From the NCBI GenBank assembly GCA_012295275.1, contig CM022665.1:25172001-25236000 (forward strand): a stretch of 64,000 nt of DNA. Reading direction: 5' to 3'. Positions 46,612-63,225 of the stretch are shown one piece after another. The translations under genes were made by a program, and so were the position numbers. Within the stretch, counting starts at the first letter, position 1. Every line of letters starts with the position of its first letter. This stretch comes from Chrysomallon squamiferum. Lineage: Eukaryota; Animalia; Mollusca. The notes beneath the pieces were generated by a model that saw nothing but the letters and a program-made list of their open reading frames with translations, was not told the origin of the DNA and ran no database searches.

Positions 46612-49400
46612 TTATTTTTTTTTTTTTTTTTTTTTTTTTTATGACACCTATGTTTTACTAATTCATCTAGTTAGAAGAACACATTTATTAGTTTAAATTT
46701 TGTATGGAAAACGTAAAGCCAGTTATAAATGTTTCGATTTATTGTCAGATTGTAGAATATATTAAGTTTATTCTCATCTTTACTTTTGTTTTCTGTAATA
46801 TTCATGGCGACACAGATAATCAGTTTATTAATTTTGATACCATCTGTTACTTTCTGTTATCACATCGACCGACATATGAATGTCGCGGTCGACTGATGGA
46901 ACGTTTAATTGATCGCTCAGACACATATTCATTCGAAGTATTTCTTTTACGTTCATATGAATTTTTACCTAGATTCAGAAATGTATTGACGATGGTGTTT
47001 TCGATAATCTCCGCAAAAATAATCTTCAAAACAAAGTACTGCATACGTTAAAGGTTTATACTAATTAAAAAGCAGGATAGAAATGATTGACAAACAGAGC
47101 TAATTATAAAAAGGAAATATTAATAATGTACACAACTGAAGAAGAAGAAGAAGAAGAAAAGATATACAAATATCAAGCGAATATATTATATATTAATATC
47201 TGCGTAAAGACACATACTAATATCTATGGCTATGATGAACAAATTTCTATCACTCTCACTCGACGACTAAAAACAAAGAGCAGTTTTGTTAACCATCCTC
47301 CAGCTGGTAGATACGTCTTTACTGACGTCGTCGTAGGAAAATACCGTTGTCCTTGGTCAGTATGCTGTTCTAGCAGTACGTCATCACGACCATCCCTGGT
47401 TTGTCTTAAATCAGATCTCACTCGACGCGAACATAACTCAGAGATCTCACTATTGCTGCATCATCCAACATTCTACTAATGGAGTAATTAAAAAAAAAAA
47501 AAAAAAAAAATCATACTTGTTACTTGACGTATGAAAACGATAACCGGATTTTATAAGAGCAAAATACAATAACACTAAATCAGTTTCGTTATTAACGGAA
47601 ATCATCTTGTGACGATGAATAATCTCTTTTAGGAAAAATAATACGTGATCTGTGCCACATGTCAGCGTTCGGACAAAAAGTGGGCAAAGCAAAGGAAAAT
47701 TGTTTACTTGTGTAAAATGTCGAACAGATGAACCCCTCTGTCCCTCTTACTCGAAGAGTCCCTCGTACTTACAGCAGTAGCCCTGTGTATTAAATCACGC
47801 AGTAGTTTTGAAGAATGCACATAACACACAGAAATGTGTTCATCTACATTATGGATATTATGTAATTACCGTTTATTCTCATTTATTGACGAAAATTACC
47901 GTTTCCTGAAAACTCACATATTCTGATTTCAGAACCACATGCCTTGTACCAACATCCTGTTTTCATACAGCAGAACCTGCTTAACTTTTGTATAGAGAAG
48001 TATACGCAATTCATCCTTTACATCAATACGTAACAGCTGTAAACGGTACTCTAATTTTTCTAAGTATGTTACCTGTGTGAGTGTTGTCTGACATCTGCAA
48101 TGGCAAAGAAAGCGGGTTATTGTTCATTCTTAAAAGTCAAGACAAAATTAACATGAAAATCGAATATCAGAGAAGGTGTTTAGTTGTTGCTATGCCAATA
48201 CCTACGCAGAAGTTCTGTCTTTCAGACTTATTTTTGTGACAGTGAAATAATAACAGGTTTACGGTTTCGTCTACTAATTTATCATTTAAAGCAACAGTAT
48301 AGTGATTAATAAATCCTAATTAAACTGGTATTAAAGTATCGTGATACTCGATACCTCCTGAAAAAAAAAAAAAAATAAACAGCATTATATAAAGGTTATG
48401 AAAATGGCAGAAATAGAAAGTGGTCGTGTGTTTGTGTTCTGCAGAATGAAGTAATAGGTGATGTCTTGCGAGCTCGTATACATACACATACATACACATA
48501 CACATACATACATACATATACATACATACAAACACACACACACATACATGCATAAATACACATATACACATACATACATACAAACAGATACATTCACATA
48601 CATACACACATACACATACATACATACATATAAACAGACACATACACATACAAACATAAATACACTTACACAACTACAAACACAAAAGATACTTGTATCG
48701 AGAGAAAGTATTGTGAAATACTTATTTCCAGTGAATCACTATAGCATGACGTTGCTTATATTTCGCATACTCATAGTTACTTGTCGTTTTGTGCTGCAGT
48801 GAGGGTAACGACAATTTACCCTCAGTAAAATAGACAACATTCTTTCCGTTTTAGGTATATGAACAAATAATAAACAATACGAAATGAATACACAACCGTT
48901 GTACGTTAATATCCTCGTCCGGCTGAATTACTTCCCGTATCTTTTTCTTCTTGTTACTACATCATTTTGTATCTACTCGGAAATTCTCTGAGTTACTGCC
49001 GGCTTATACACAGTCACTTAAAGTATGACAGTTTGATTTGTTTTAAGATTTATCTCAAGACCGTTGTCGCCAGTGTGAACTGCTGTTTGTATAAACTGTG
49101 TCTATACTACAAAAAGAAAGTAACAAGAAAGAAGAATTCATTGCGAGAATAAAGCTGGTGTACTGCGAGCGATTAATCATGTTGATACGAAGTGAATTGT
49201 TTGAGTTAAAAGTTGGTGGATAGTCCGTTGCAAGAGTATATTATAATAAATTATTTATTTATTTATTTATTTTATTTTATTCTAGTGTATTCTATTCTAT
49301 TCTATATATTTATCTATTCTATTTATTTATTTATTTTATTTTATTTATTTATTTATTTATTTTAATTGATTTATTTATTTTAATTAATTAATTAATTAAT

Positions 49401-49431
<31 letters not shown>

Positions 49432-49510
49432 TATTTATTTATTTATTTATTTATTTATTTATTTTGTTGTTGTTGTTGTTGGTTTATGTGTTTGTTCGTT
49501 CGTTCGTTCA

Positions 49511-49744
49511 TTTTTTGTATGCTTATTCATCTATTTTTCTTCTTCTTGTTCTTTTATTCCTTCTTCTTCTTCTTCTTCTTGTTCTTTTATTCCTTCTTCT
49601 TCTTCTTCTTCTTCTTCTTCTTCTGCTTGTTCTTCCTCTTTCTTCTTATAGTTATTATTAGTATCATCATATCCATAATTATTATCATTGTTAGCATCAT
49701 CATTGTCATACTTTTAATAATAATAATAATAATAATAATAATTA

Positions 49745-49800
<56 letters not shown>

Positions 49801-50200
49801 GGCTTAAACAGCCTTATATTTAATTATTTAATTTACTCATTCTTCTTCTTACTACTACTGTTGTTGTTGCTACAAAATAAATTGTAAGAGTATATTTTAA
49901 TAGATAATTTATTTATTTGTTTGTGTTTGTTTGTTTGTTTGTTTGTTTTTTATTTTATTTTATCTAATTTTATTTGTATTTGTTTATTTGTTTATTCATT
50001 TATTTTAATTTATTTATTTTTCTGTTTGTTTGTTTGTATGTTTTTCAGTGTGTTTATTCATCCAGTTTTCTTCTTCTTGTTCTTTTATTCCTTCTTTTTC
50101 TTCTTCTGCTGGTTCTTCCTCTTTCTTCTTCTCATAATTATTATTTTTATCATCATATTCATAATAATAATTATTATTAACATCTTCATTGTCATACTTA

Positions 50201-50251
<51 letters not shown>

Positions 50252-50305
50252 TGCTCATTCTTCTTCTTCTTACTATTATTACTATTACTACTGTTATTGT
50301 TGTTG
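49511..50305. repeat. Diverged duplication of a low-complexity block (about 49511-49870 and 50041-50305)
   Basis: Both copies share ordered segments ttattcatc..ttcttcttcttgttcttttattcctt, ttcttcctctttcttctt, atcatcatat, cattgtcatactt, (TTA)n and ctcattcttcttctt. Confidence 0.75.
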
Positions 50306-50929
50306 TTATAAAATTCAGCCTACTTTTAAAGTCACAAATTCTCATTTTCAGAACCTTTCAATAAATTTTTTTTTTTTTTAAAAAGAGATTAATTTAAGTG
50401 GTTACAAATAAACATTAATAAACTCGATTCTTTGTAAACAAAGCTACAAATAGCGTCCATAATACACCTTCATTTAAACTAATCTTTTAAAAGTAGAAAA
50501 TAAAAAACGAAAATGATTTGAGATTTTTCAGATTTCTTTTGTTTGTTTCTTTATTTTATTTTTTTTTTTTTTTTTTATTGTTGTTGTTTTTGGGGGTCTC
50601 CACTGGCACCATACTGGCCAGACCTTGGTTTTAGCTAACACAAATAAAAGCAAAATAAACAACAGACCATTTAGAAACACAGATGTGTAAGTTAAATCAG
50701 AGGAACGTTTCTGTGGCGACGCAGACTGATTTCTCGACGGAGAAAAACAAAATGTGACAAATGGAATTAAATAAATTTATTAAAATAAATAGTTCAATCT
50801 TGTTACACTCGCTGGGCTAGTGTCGATGTTAACAAGTACAGGATGGTTTCAATTATTGTCGTTTGGAATGATCTACTAAATGCAGAGTTTGAGTAACAGC
50901 AAAATCCGAAATTTATTTATTTATTTATT

Positions 50930-50973
<44 letters not shown>

Positions 50974-50980
50974 CATTATT

Positions 50981-51024
<44 letters not shown>

Positions 51025-51675
51025 TTGTGTGAGATCTACGTAAAACACACATCTTCATTACTGTAATGTGTTAAGAATTAAATAATTTTGCCAAAACAGA
51101 GGAATCTATATGTTATATTTCTATATCCTTTGCTTGAGTTCAAAGGCCATTATTTATTTATCTATTTATTTATTTATTGTTTAATAATAATAAAAAAATA
51201 TATCTTGTTTTATATTTTTTACATATTTTTCATAAAGTATGTTAAGGTAGATAACCATATTCTGATATAAATAAAGACAATAAGGCTAATTACCTCCCTT
51301 GCTATTTAAAAAAAATGTTTTTAATTTTTTTTTTTTAAACAGCCTTGTCATGCTGTTTACCAAATATAACTTGTGTTTGGATGTTTCAGCAAACTACTGT
51401 CGAAGTGTATTTGTTTGTAGAAGTAGTACCAGTAGTGGTAGTAGAAGCAGTAGTAGTAGTACAGTTGCGGTCAATTGACAGTACTTGGTGCTGTATTTTT
51501 ACACACACACACACACACACACACCATATATATATGTATACATATGCACACAATGCATGCATATACGTGTATGTATATGAGCGCGTGCAATAGCAAAATA
51601 AATTAGCATCATTTCCAGGATGCACACCAAAGTCAAACCAATGTAATATTTTGTTATCATTTCATAATAGTATTA

Positions 51676-51739
<64 letters not shown>

Positions 51740-52265
51740 TTTTATTATTATTATTTTTGTAAAACCTGTGTCTGAAAAGTTCAGTAAATATTATTTCCAT
51801 TTACTTACCTAGGTATTATTCCTCTGTCTGTTTGTTGTTTAGACTTCTGTCTTAGTGATGTGCTCGCTCTACTGATACAGTTTAGAGATTTATTTTACTT
51901 AGTTTGCTTTTCGATCCAGGTTTCAACCCCTCCCTACACGAAGATCGAAAATTTATGTATGGCAATTTTAAACTGGATTAATTTATTCAGAAAGATAATA
52001 AATCAGCGTGTGCGTTTTGATAATGGTCTAAGAAGAGTTGTCTCTCTTACATCACAAGAACTGACTTGCTTCCCGTGGATGACTGAAAGATCAGTACAGC
52101 TAAATAATTCTTTAAGTTCATTATTATCGTTAGGATGGTCGAAAGGTCACACATACGCACACACAAATATATGCATATGTATATGTGTATATATATAGAT
52201 ATATATATATATACACACACATCCACACACACATAAACATATACATACATACATGTATATCTATA

Positions 52266-52304
<39 letters not shown>

Positions 52305-52813
52305 ATATATGTGAGTATGTATTAACAACAGCAACAACAACAATAATAATATTAATAATAATAATAACAACAATAATAATAATAAACAATAGCATAAGAT
52401 AACATAAATACCAAAAAGCGAATAAATACCATATAAACATATAAAAACAAATTAATATATAAATTTAAAAAAAAGAAAAAAGAAAAGATAAATAAATAAT
52501 TAAATAAATAAATAAATAAATAAATAAAATCATTAAGCGTTCTATACAGTTAATTTTCTTACGTATTAAGTTACAGTTTCGCGTCTGGCGTAACATTCTA
52601 TTTTTGTATTTGTGATCAAATCACAGACAGTCAAGTCAGCTTGGTAACCATGACAAGAGATTCGTCAACCGTCTCTTAATTAGTGTGTATACAGAACTGT
52701 CTATAATTAGAAAATCTAAGTGTGAAATGTAACACTAAATCGAGACCGAAAATAACCATTCACTCGATACTGGCTGAAATTTTAGAAAGAAAGAAAGAAA
52801 AAAAAAAAAATAA

Positions 52814-52908
<95 letters not shown>

Positions 52909-53084
52909 CAAATATAAATCTCAGAAACAGAGAATGTGAAAATAATCCTATCGTCGAGAGAAAATGTATTACTATAAATTAAAATTATTTTAAAATAAAA
53001 TTATTATCATTTCATTGTATATTCTCATTAAAGAGAAATATATAATAGCAAATAACAAAGATTTGTTTTGTCTGCATGTATATG

Positions 53085-53660
53085 TATGTATGTATGAAAG
53101 TATGCATAATAACTACATGCATACATAAACATATATATACATACATAAATATATACACGCACAGACACGCATACACACGTTCACAAACGCACACATACAT
53201 GCATACATGCATACATACATACATACACATACATACATACATACATACATAGATACATACATACATACATACATACATACACACACACATACATACATAC
53301 ATATATACATACATACATACATACACATACATACATACATACATACATACACATACATATATACATACACATACATACATACATACATACACACACATAC
53401 ATACATACACACACACACATACATACATACATACATACATACATACATACATACACACACACACATACATACATACATATATACATACATACATACACAT
53501 ACATACATACACATACATACACATACATACACATACATACATACATACATACATACACACACATACACACATACATACACATACACATACACATACATAC
53601 ATACATACATACATACACATACACATACATACATACATACATATATATTTGCATATGCAC
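53085..53660. repeat. (ATAC)n/(AC)n compound microsatellite; a similar block lies at ~48478-48680
   Basis: Visible catacatacacatac runs. These produce the artefactual MYVC and HTYI ORFs. Confidence 0.9.
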
Positions 53661-56600
53661 AGAAATACTTAAATAATTTAAATAAATAAAACTGTATTAG
53701 CAGACTATACTTATTACTACTTTATGTCTCTCACTCTTACTTAATTTTTCTCTTATCTCACAAAGGTGATGGATGTTTAACGAGATTAATGTTTTTCTTG
53801 TTGACGTCTCGTCATTATCGTTCAGGAAATTAACCTACTACATTATCCAGTGTCCAATTTAGATTGCGTCTACTGATCTTTAAGTTGCTGTCACTGGACG
53901 AATCAGTCTTGAAAACGTCTCTTTCACAAACTCTTATGTACGTGATTGTCAAATAGTGTTAATTATCTAAATGAGCTTTCAGTTATATTTTAGTGTAGTT
54001 TTTTTTCTTCACACACACACACACACACACACAATAATACAAGCTATATTCAGTTTGGTTTTAATTATTTTAAACGTATATTTTTAATATTAATTAATTA
54101 TTTTTATTTCTGTTGTAATTTCATGTTACTAACTTTATAATCTCTTAATCTGTGTACACCATTGTTTTTTCTTTTTCTACCATGAAGTCATGAGCTGTTT
54201 TATTTCAGATTACTTTAGTTTTGTTTACTTGTGTTTATCCACACTGACAGATGTATAGATAAACACGTAATGCAATAGTGACATATTTATATAGCATAAA
54301 TATTCCTCAGAAAACAGTTACAGGTTCACTGAGATTATCAAATATAACAGAAGAATATGTATTCTTTTTAAAAATGATAAAATTTAATGATTTTTCTCCA
54401 TTTTTGTAAGAGAAAGAGAGAGAGAAAATCCAAATTTAATTTAAAAATTAGATGAATGCAATAAATACGCTTTTGTTATTTAGATGATTTTTTTTTTTTT
54501 TTTTTTTTTTTTAATCGTTAACGGCGTTTATAATAACAAGCAACAGAACTGATATCTCAAAGTGCCATGTTACAACATGCTGATCTGAATTTCAATAATT
54601 ATTTTAAAAAATTAAGTACTAAGGATTGGAAAGAAATCAGATACAATGTTTTACCAGCTGCTCAAAATGTCACATAAAAATAAATTTCACTCATCCTTTT
54701 TCTTTTTTTCTTTCTTTCTTTCCTTTTAATTTAATTTTATTTTTGTTTAGTTTCTTAATTATTTTGTTCTTTCTTTGCCTCTGCTTCTGTTTTTTTTTTT
54801 TTTTTTTTTTTCATTTTCTTCTTTTTCTTTTGGATGATTTAATGTAATTTAGTCAAGCTGTTCTTTGAACGACGTGCTTTGTGAAATTAGCAGGGTTTTT
54901 TTTTTTTTGTGTGTGTACAGGTTTGAAACTTATTTAACGGTCGCATCAAACCTTAGTTACATAATCGAACAAACTACATTATTTTTCCAGTTATTGTATA
55001 ATTAATTTATTTTTTAGTTATTTTGCAATTTCACAAGCAACTGTGCGGCTATGTAACAGGTCTGTAGAAAGCAACCCGTTGTGTTGTGACCTCATTCCGA
55101 ATTGGGCACCAGTCCACTAATGGAATTAGTTAGGTTTTTTTTTGTTTTGTTTTTTTGTGGTATAGAAATAAAAGTCGATCCTCTCCAAATGCGTAAATAC
55201 TGGAAACAGTTCACAGAATACTAACTTAATAAAAAAAAAAAAAAAAAAAAAAAAACCAATAAAAAGAAAAAGAAAAAAAAAGGTTTGATGAAAATAAGTA
55301 CGGTAAATTTTATTTTGTAAATATTAGTTTATGTATGAAGCAGACGGTATTATGTAATCTCTCATAAAAGTAATACACAGTAAGTCTGCTGAATATTAAT
55401 GTGGTAAGCTTCTTTTCGTTAATATTAGTTTTAGTAAGAGGGAGAGGCGGAGTTATGAAAACTCTCAGAAAGTTTCATCATGAAAGCTGCACTTCTTGTA
55501 CAGTTTATATTTTATTGCAGCTTAATTCTTACAAAGTTTGTCAAGTGCTTGTTTCAGACATTCCACAGATTTTCAGGGCTTAAGGCGTTAGACATGCATG
55601 AAAACAAATTAACTGAAGTGCAATAAAATAAAAATAAAAATAATAATAATAAAAAGAAATGCATGCAAAAGTATAATAATAAATAATAACATTAATAAAA
55701 AAAAATAAAAAAAAAAGCCCAGAACAACTGAGATATTTTTAGTTTGTTTGAATAGAAATCTAATATAAAATATAGCGACACCTCGTGGCGAAGCAATTTA
55801 ATTACTCTATTCGAAATATAATTACTATATTTCAGACAAATACTGTCGCCACGTTCCTGTTTTTATTTATTTATTTTTTTGTTGTTGTTGGGGGGGGTTG
55901 TTATTTTTGGGATAAGTTTCATTTAAAAAAATTCCTTAAAAATCAATTACTGACAGCGTTCATGTTACCCAATAACCATTATAACTATATATCTGACTTA
56001 GTAATCTGTGAATGTTGAATTAATTGTTAAATACAAATACGAAATATTTTATAATTACTGCAATGTTAAATTAATAAGTCAAAAATAATACTTACCTTTA
56101 AGTTAAAAACTAGCAGACATAAATACAGCTACAAGCTAGTTACATAACTCGGGAATCGTATGACGAAACTATTGAATGACGTCATAATGGAAGACAGTTC
56201 GCCGAGTACGTCGTACGTAAGTAATTTCATCTTTTTCATTGTCATTGTTGTTGTTGATGATGATACTGTTGGTGCTGTAGTTTTGTTATCGTTTTATTTT
56301 TATGTCGTTCTTTGTTTTTGTTGTTGTTTTGTTTGTTTGTGTTGTTTTTATTCATTTTAATCATAGTTATAATATCGATGTTTGTGATTTTTTTCCTGTA
56401 ACCCTACCATACACAAACGCGATGCCAATGAATTCCAAATGAAGACATTAATTCAATCATTAATTAATAGTTATTTAATGACTCATATTTTATGTCACAT
56501 ATTAACACGTACTGCTTGAAAATGTTGCGTATTTTTAAAAATACAAAACATTTGTCTTATGCTAATTATGTATAAAGTAATAAAAATAGTGGGTAGACTT

Positions 56601-57124
56601 TCTGACCATCATAAATTAAAATTTTAAATTAATAATACTGATGTTTTTCAAACAGATTTAGCTGGCTGGAAATTAAACTACTTCTATTAAGGCGACCGTC
56701 ATTCGTTGTGATTTCAGCCAAGCATTCCCACTCTAAAATACACTGACTTTCCCCATGGGTCCAATAGCCCCAGTTTTAATTTAATGAAAAAACCATTAGA
56801 CTGATGGAGCATAGCCGAAATTTTTTGATTACCACGATCATTTTTACTGTTTAGGGGAATAATTATATATAATAATACTATATACATACAGACAGACAGA
56901 AACACACGTACACACGTCACGATATAAATTTATTTATTTGTATTAATTCTTTGAAATCAGTGAATTATATGATTTTCCTTATGAGAAAAAATTAAAATAT
57001 ATAAATATTACTGGTAATTTAAAATGCAAAATATATTTCGCTATCTTGGCAGTTTGAATGGTATTTTGATTGTAATAAACAATCTATATATATAATCTAT
57101 ATACATATATGTACATATATATAT

Positions 57125-57157
<33 letters not shown>

Positions 57158-57160
57158 ATC

Positions 57161-57195
<35 letters not shown>

Positions 57196-60100
57196 ACACA
57201 CACATACATACACACATATGCATATATATATATAAATATACATTCACAAAATTCTGATGAAAATATTTATAGTTTAAGTACCCATTATTTAACTGCAGTC
57301 TCAGAAGGTTATAAGATTCGATCCCGTGTTATGCAGTTTTAAGGTCAACTATATAACAATCTATCACGACACGGTGACGCATAAATCAACACATAAATTA
57401 CAACGACTGTAAGTACTGAAACACCGTGACTGTTTGGCAAACCGGCGATAACACAAAACGTATCTTAATAAAAATCGGTCTTAATGGCGTAAGACTTATC
57501 TCACAATCTCCAGTCTCTGAATTTACAGTGCTGTGACCACGACAAATCTCCGTGTCTAAGTAAAAGAAGAAGAAGAAGAAGATTTTCGAAGATAGAGGAT
57601 TACTGGAGCTTCATCTGATATATGTATTTCAGATCTGATGATAAGGAAAAAAAACAACAAATTAATGTTTTCTCTATCTTGAATGATTCTAACTGACTAT
57701 CAGATATTTTTATAAATACCTCAGTGAGTGCTGAACAATCTTCTTCTAAAATAAGACAAAAAAAAAAAATAATAATAATAAAAAATCAAACAAACAAAAA
57801 ATTATTGCCAGGATGGTAGTCCTCGTATAATCGAAATATTAAGTGAAGAGTATACTATAGTACTCGAAAAAAACATTTAAAAAAACCCCCAAAACACGTA
57901 AATTTAAAAGTCTAATCAAAGTGGATGATGGTGGTCATGCAGTAGCAATAACAGATCATTTATACATTCATTTGTATTTGTATAAACAGGATTAATAACA
58001 ACAATTTTGGGTCAGTCGCTAAACACGAAAATAATATTAATACATTCTGTAGTATATAAGTACTTGTCTTTGTGTGAACTTGTGTGTGTGTGTGAGCGTG
58101 CTTAATTATATCTGTATTTATATAATCATATATATTTATGTACTTGTATGTGAGTGTGTTTATCAAACAAGAAAGAAGCAGTCATTGTTATTCACTGTTT
58201 TGCATGTAAAGACATAAGGAAGATAGCAAAAGAAAAAAATCTTTAAAAATCTTTAATTTAAAACTATTAAACACGCATCGCCTCTCTTCCTGTCATTTTC
58301 AACTCTTCTGGGTTTTGGGGTTTTTTTTATATTAGTTTAAATTTTCATACGTAAAACATTCAGCATTCTGGCAGTTATTTACCGCATGTATGATCTTTTC
58401 ATTAATCAGCTCTGGAGATAATGAAAATCTTTGATAGAATGTAAAATAAACAAAAGACAATAAAAGAAAATATTAAAAACCTTGTGTTTTAATCAAAGTT
58501 TATTTGCAGTCTCGTTTTTGTGGAGAAAGTTACATAAAGCGCAATTGCTTCTGGTCTGAAAATAAACTATAAACCACTTTTCAAAGACATGAAAACAGTC
58601 AAATTTTTTTAATCTGGAGCCGAGTTTCGTCATAGTGGGACTGAAGTTTGCGTTTTACTGTCTACTGAAATGGCTTAGATTAAATATATATCTGAGAAAT
58701 AATCTTTATATAAAATGAACTCAGATGAAGTGCGTTTGTCCGAGTAGCACCCACTACACTTTGGTCTGTTCTTGACAATGTCCTAAAGCAAATGTATCAA
58801 AGGCCAAGTTGTTTTCTCTATGGGAAAATAATTACGTTAACGATTTTGTGTTCGTGCGTATGTATGTATGAATGAAAATATGTACGCATGTATAGGCCTT
58901 TGTATGAGTGTGTGTGTGTGTGTGTGTGTGTCTATAGAATGTTGTCAAACAAATATTAATTAATAAATTAATACATTTATTAAGTCATATTATCTCTTGA
59001 TCAACCTGTTCATTTGTTTTTTTCTATTTATCTAAAGCGGAATTAAACCAAACGTGTAACACTTCACCATAAATCAAGTCCGTGGGTGTAAATCTTTAAT
59101 CGTGATCACATAACTAATATTGTTCATTAATAATAATAATAATAATAATAATTTCTTTCTTAACTAATATATACTATCATGGAAGCATGTATTAAAGTGT
59201 ACAAGTTCCCGACCGAGAACAGTTTCTCTCTCAGATCAGCAGAACTTGAAGTCAGGTCGTTTTTTACTATTTAGGTTCGAACACGAAGCCGTCTGTCTCC
59301 AATTAGTCGCAAAGCTGTACCGAAAGCCTCTCTTTAAAGATAATTATTAGATAGAGACGAACAACATTTATGTACGTACTGGCGGCAGGTGCCTCGAATT
59401 CGATTGAGTTCGCGAGGGCCTAATAGTAACACTGGAGACCAGGAGGTGAGGATTTTCCGGCAATTCAGCAATAAATACAATAAGTTCTCAGACACTTAGT
59501 TCCCATTATTATCCCATGCGTGTGAGATAAATCGCTACGTCTTTAACGGCTTAAGCAAAGGTCAAACGTAAAGAATAAGTGCTGGCTATTGAAGAATATT
59601 TGTAAATGTTAGTGTATTTGACATTCGTGTGTCATACGAGTATATTATTGACTTTGGATGATTTGTCTAACTATTTGTCTCTCCATATATCTGTCCATCT
59701 GTCTGTCTATATACCTATACATCTGTCTGTCTGTTTTTCGATCCATTCTTTCTCCGTCCGTCCATCTGTAAATCTGTTTACGTGGGTCAGTCTGTCTATT
59801 TATTATCTCTCTCTTTCATTTTTATCTTTCTCACTTCTTTATCTCTAATTCTGCTTGTTAAGACTAATACTTCCTTAAACACTGGAGTATTTTGTTGTCA
59901 TTATGTATAAACGTTTGATTTCCAATGCGTGTAATTTCCTTGATACTCAGTTCCTTTAGTTTCATTAAACTAATTATTACTTCACAAAACATACATGTTA
60001 ATATTTATTTTAATTTGGTTTTATGGTGTATTTATGGTATCCGCTTTCTTTTGCTGTAAAACTGAGTGATTGCCAAGTAGCTTTTACAGAAATGAAAAAA

Positions 60101-62084
60101 AAAAAACCCCAGTAAAAACAAAACAACAACAACAAAAAAACCACACCAGTGGTTTCAATAATAGCTGCAGGTTTAATATCTATTACTGATTTACTACTGA
60201 GTAGAGCTGATAAAAATCTGGACTCTCGTGTGCATGGATATTTTATAAGTAGCTTAGCTTTATAAGTTTGCACGAAGCTGTAGTTTCATTTTCAAGGGCT
60301 TCACTTATATAGATTGTTCAAACACGAACAAAATTAACTTTAATTAAATTATATAGATTTAGAAAGTGTAATGCAAAACTCTTTTAAAGAAAGATTACAT
60401 AAAAGTCTTAGATGGAATAAAATAGTTAATATTTTTAACTTTATTTGGTAACGAATTTCATTATAAATGTACTGATCCTTCATTAGTGAACTCGAAAAAA
60501 AAAAAAAAAAAAAAATGTTTTACGAAATTATAAAATGTATCCTTATTAACAATTCAATAATATGTATTTTACAGCTTATGAAAAGAAATGCTTTGTCACT
60601 TAGAGTTTGTGAACAATGCACAACACACTTATAACACGTTATGCAATTTTATTATACTTTTTAAAAAATAAAACGTATAATTTTCTAAAAGTAGACAACG
60701 TTCAGCCTGATTTCCGCGTTTGGTTTAAAAATAACCATAAGCGATCTTTCTTTAAATTTTTATTTTAAGATTTACAACTGCTGTCATTACTGATAACGTA
60801 CGTACAGCTCGGTTCCTGATACACTGTCGTTTTTGCTACTTTTATTTTAAATACAACAGTACATTATATTTTATTTGCTTTCCACTTCTCAGAGAAAACC
60901 TAGGCATGGTCACTGTAACATAAAGTGGGTGTAAAATACATAAATTAATGCTCCGATATAGTTTTCCATGTTGAAAAGTGTTTCATGCTTTTGTTTTAAA
61001 TAAATAAATAAATGCATATCGTCCACATTAAAAGGTTTATTATGCTACAGTTTTAAATATATGTATACTAATACTTCTTTAAGAAACCAAAATGTTTCTA
61101 ATTATTGTGATTGTTATTTGTAGAGTATATAAAAAGTCGTCTATGTCGGAAAGTTTTTGATGCTTCTGTTTTAACGAATATTATACTTTCATTAGACAGT
61201 ACGTCAACAGAACAAAATTACAGGAATTATCATTATTATTTATAGTGTATATTAAGATAATTAACTTGTTGTTCTGTTACGATATCATGCATGTTGAAAA
61301 GGTTGCTATACAAGAGTTTCAATTATATGCATATCTAGAGAAAAATGCAGCTACTGTCACTGTCATTAAAAGGGTGTACTTCATTAGACTGTGCATTTAA
61401 AGAGAACACTTACAGGTATATTGTCGTATAAGTTCAGTTGATGACTCAGTGTTCTACAGTTCTGTACGTATCGAGGAATACCATTGGTCACACTGACCAC
61501 TCTAACCTTCTGTAGTAATCCTTCTTTTCCTCAGACGACTGGCTCTTAGTCTAAAGAAGTTTTTATTAAAAATAAAAAAGAACATTCGTATAATGAGGCA
61601 GATTTGAAACTGAACACACATTCCATCCGGCGCTGTACGTAAATATCAGCCTTTGAACTTCAAGTTTTTGTGCTGCGAGACCATTTTCTTTTTCTTTAAA
61701 GATACTGTTAGTATTATTATTATTATTATTAAGACAGTCTCCTGACATTGACGTTAGGCCTATTCATTTGAATAAAGGTCACTGATGGAACAAAACTGAA
61801 AATGAAACGAAATGACCTGCAGCGTTTTAATACATGAAAAGTACACACTGACAGACATTTAAATTGTGATTACGCGATGAGCATACGTTTTTTTTTTTTT
61901 TTTTTTTCTGATTTATACTCTTCTCTAGGTGAGTCGATTACATTCATTCTCTCTTTCTTTCATTATTTTTTATTTATTTCTTCATTCATTCATAACCTCT
62001 GAAATTATTGTCAGTGTTTGCTGATTATACTGACGTCATTTTGTACATACAAATAGAAACGTTACTCTGAATTTACTTACTGGC

Positions 62085-62325
62085 ATAAACAGAAGAAAAC
62101 ATAATCACAGGTATTTATATTCATAATCATCATCATCATAATTATCATTAACGTTATCATCATCATCATTATTATCAGTAATATTATCATCCTCGTTATC
62201 ATTAACGCTATCATCATCATTATTATCAGTAACGTTATCATTATAATCATCACCATCGTTTCATTAACGTTATCATCATCATTATAATCAATAACGTTAT
62301 CATCATAATTATCTTCATCATAATT
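62085..62325. repeat. Degenerate (ATC)n repeat punctuated by AACGTTATC units
   Basis: aacgttatcatcatcatcattattatcagt-like units recur about 5 times. Confidence 0.7.
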
Positions 62326-62979
62326 CCAAAGAAAACACGTTTCCATTTTCAGTTGTGGTCAATAATTCATTTGCTGATGCTTTATGCGAGAGCCTGCTCG
62401 TAAAAACACTTAAACTTTCAATAGAAATTCGAAACAAACTTAACCAATTCATATTTTGTTTTCTAGGATGAGCAGTTTGACAGCTAATCTTTACTGAATA
62501 TAAATGTTGCGGAAAACTGCGTAGATTGACTTTATCGTGGTTCACAGATTCTGCCATTCAACTTCAAGCAGAGTATCTTGTTAATTTTTCAAGTAGAAAT
62601 TGTCGTATACATGCACTGGATTAATTCACGTACTGTTTTGAATCAAAATCGTTAATTATTAAATTTCGTCAGTTATTCATGACGTTAATGTAATTTTGAC
62701 GAGAATTTGCTCTTTTCGTATTCGCATTTTAAAGTCTAGTTTTTTTTGGGGGGGTTGCGGGGGTTGGTGGGTTCTGTTGGTGTATGTAAACTGTCTGAAT
62801 GTGTATTTTGTACAAGTACTTCTTCCAAGTGATTGTAACGTTTGTTTGTTTGTTGTTGTTGTTTTTTGGCCACCGAACGTTGTTAGTAACAGAGCACGAC
62901 AGTAGAACAACAACCACGTGAGATGGATGAACATCTTTTTTTTTTATTTAGAGATCTAACACTAAACAGCTGCGACATA

Positions 62980-63225
62980 AAACACAACAACACAGCACAA
63001 CACGACACGACACGGAATAACACGATATAACACAACATTACACAACACGACATATAACACGACACGGCACAAGAGGACACAACACGAGATAAGACCGCAC
63101 AACACATAACACAAAATAACACGAAATAACACGACACGACACGACACGCCACACGACACACGATACACGATACGACACGACACCACAAAACCCGACATGA
63201 CACCTTACAACACGACAGAACGCAA
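62980..63225. repeat. Degenerate pentanucleotide (ACACG/ACACA)n repeat
   Basis: cacgacacgacacg and cacaacaca runs. These produce the C/V/R-rich ORFs. Confidence 0.8.

Noticed and set aside
46704-47479. 115-aa and 130-aa plus-strand ORFs
   Set aside because: Low-information AT-rich translations with no domain or splice support.
53012-53689. Long ORFs of 159-208 aa (MYVC.., HTYI..)
   Set aside because: They are translations of an (ATAC)/(AC) microsatellite, open in several frames on both strands.
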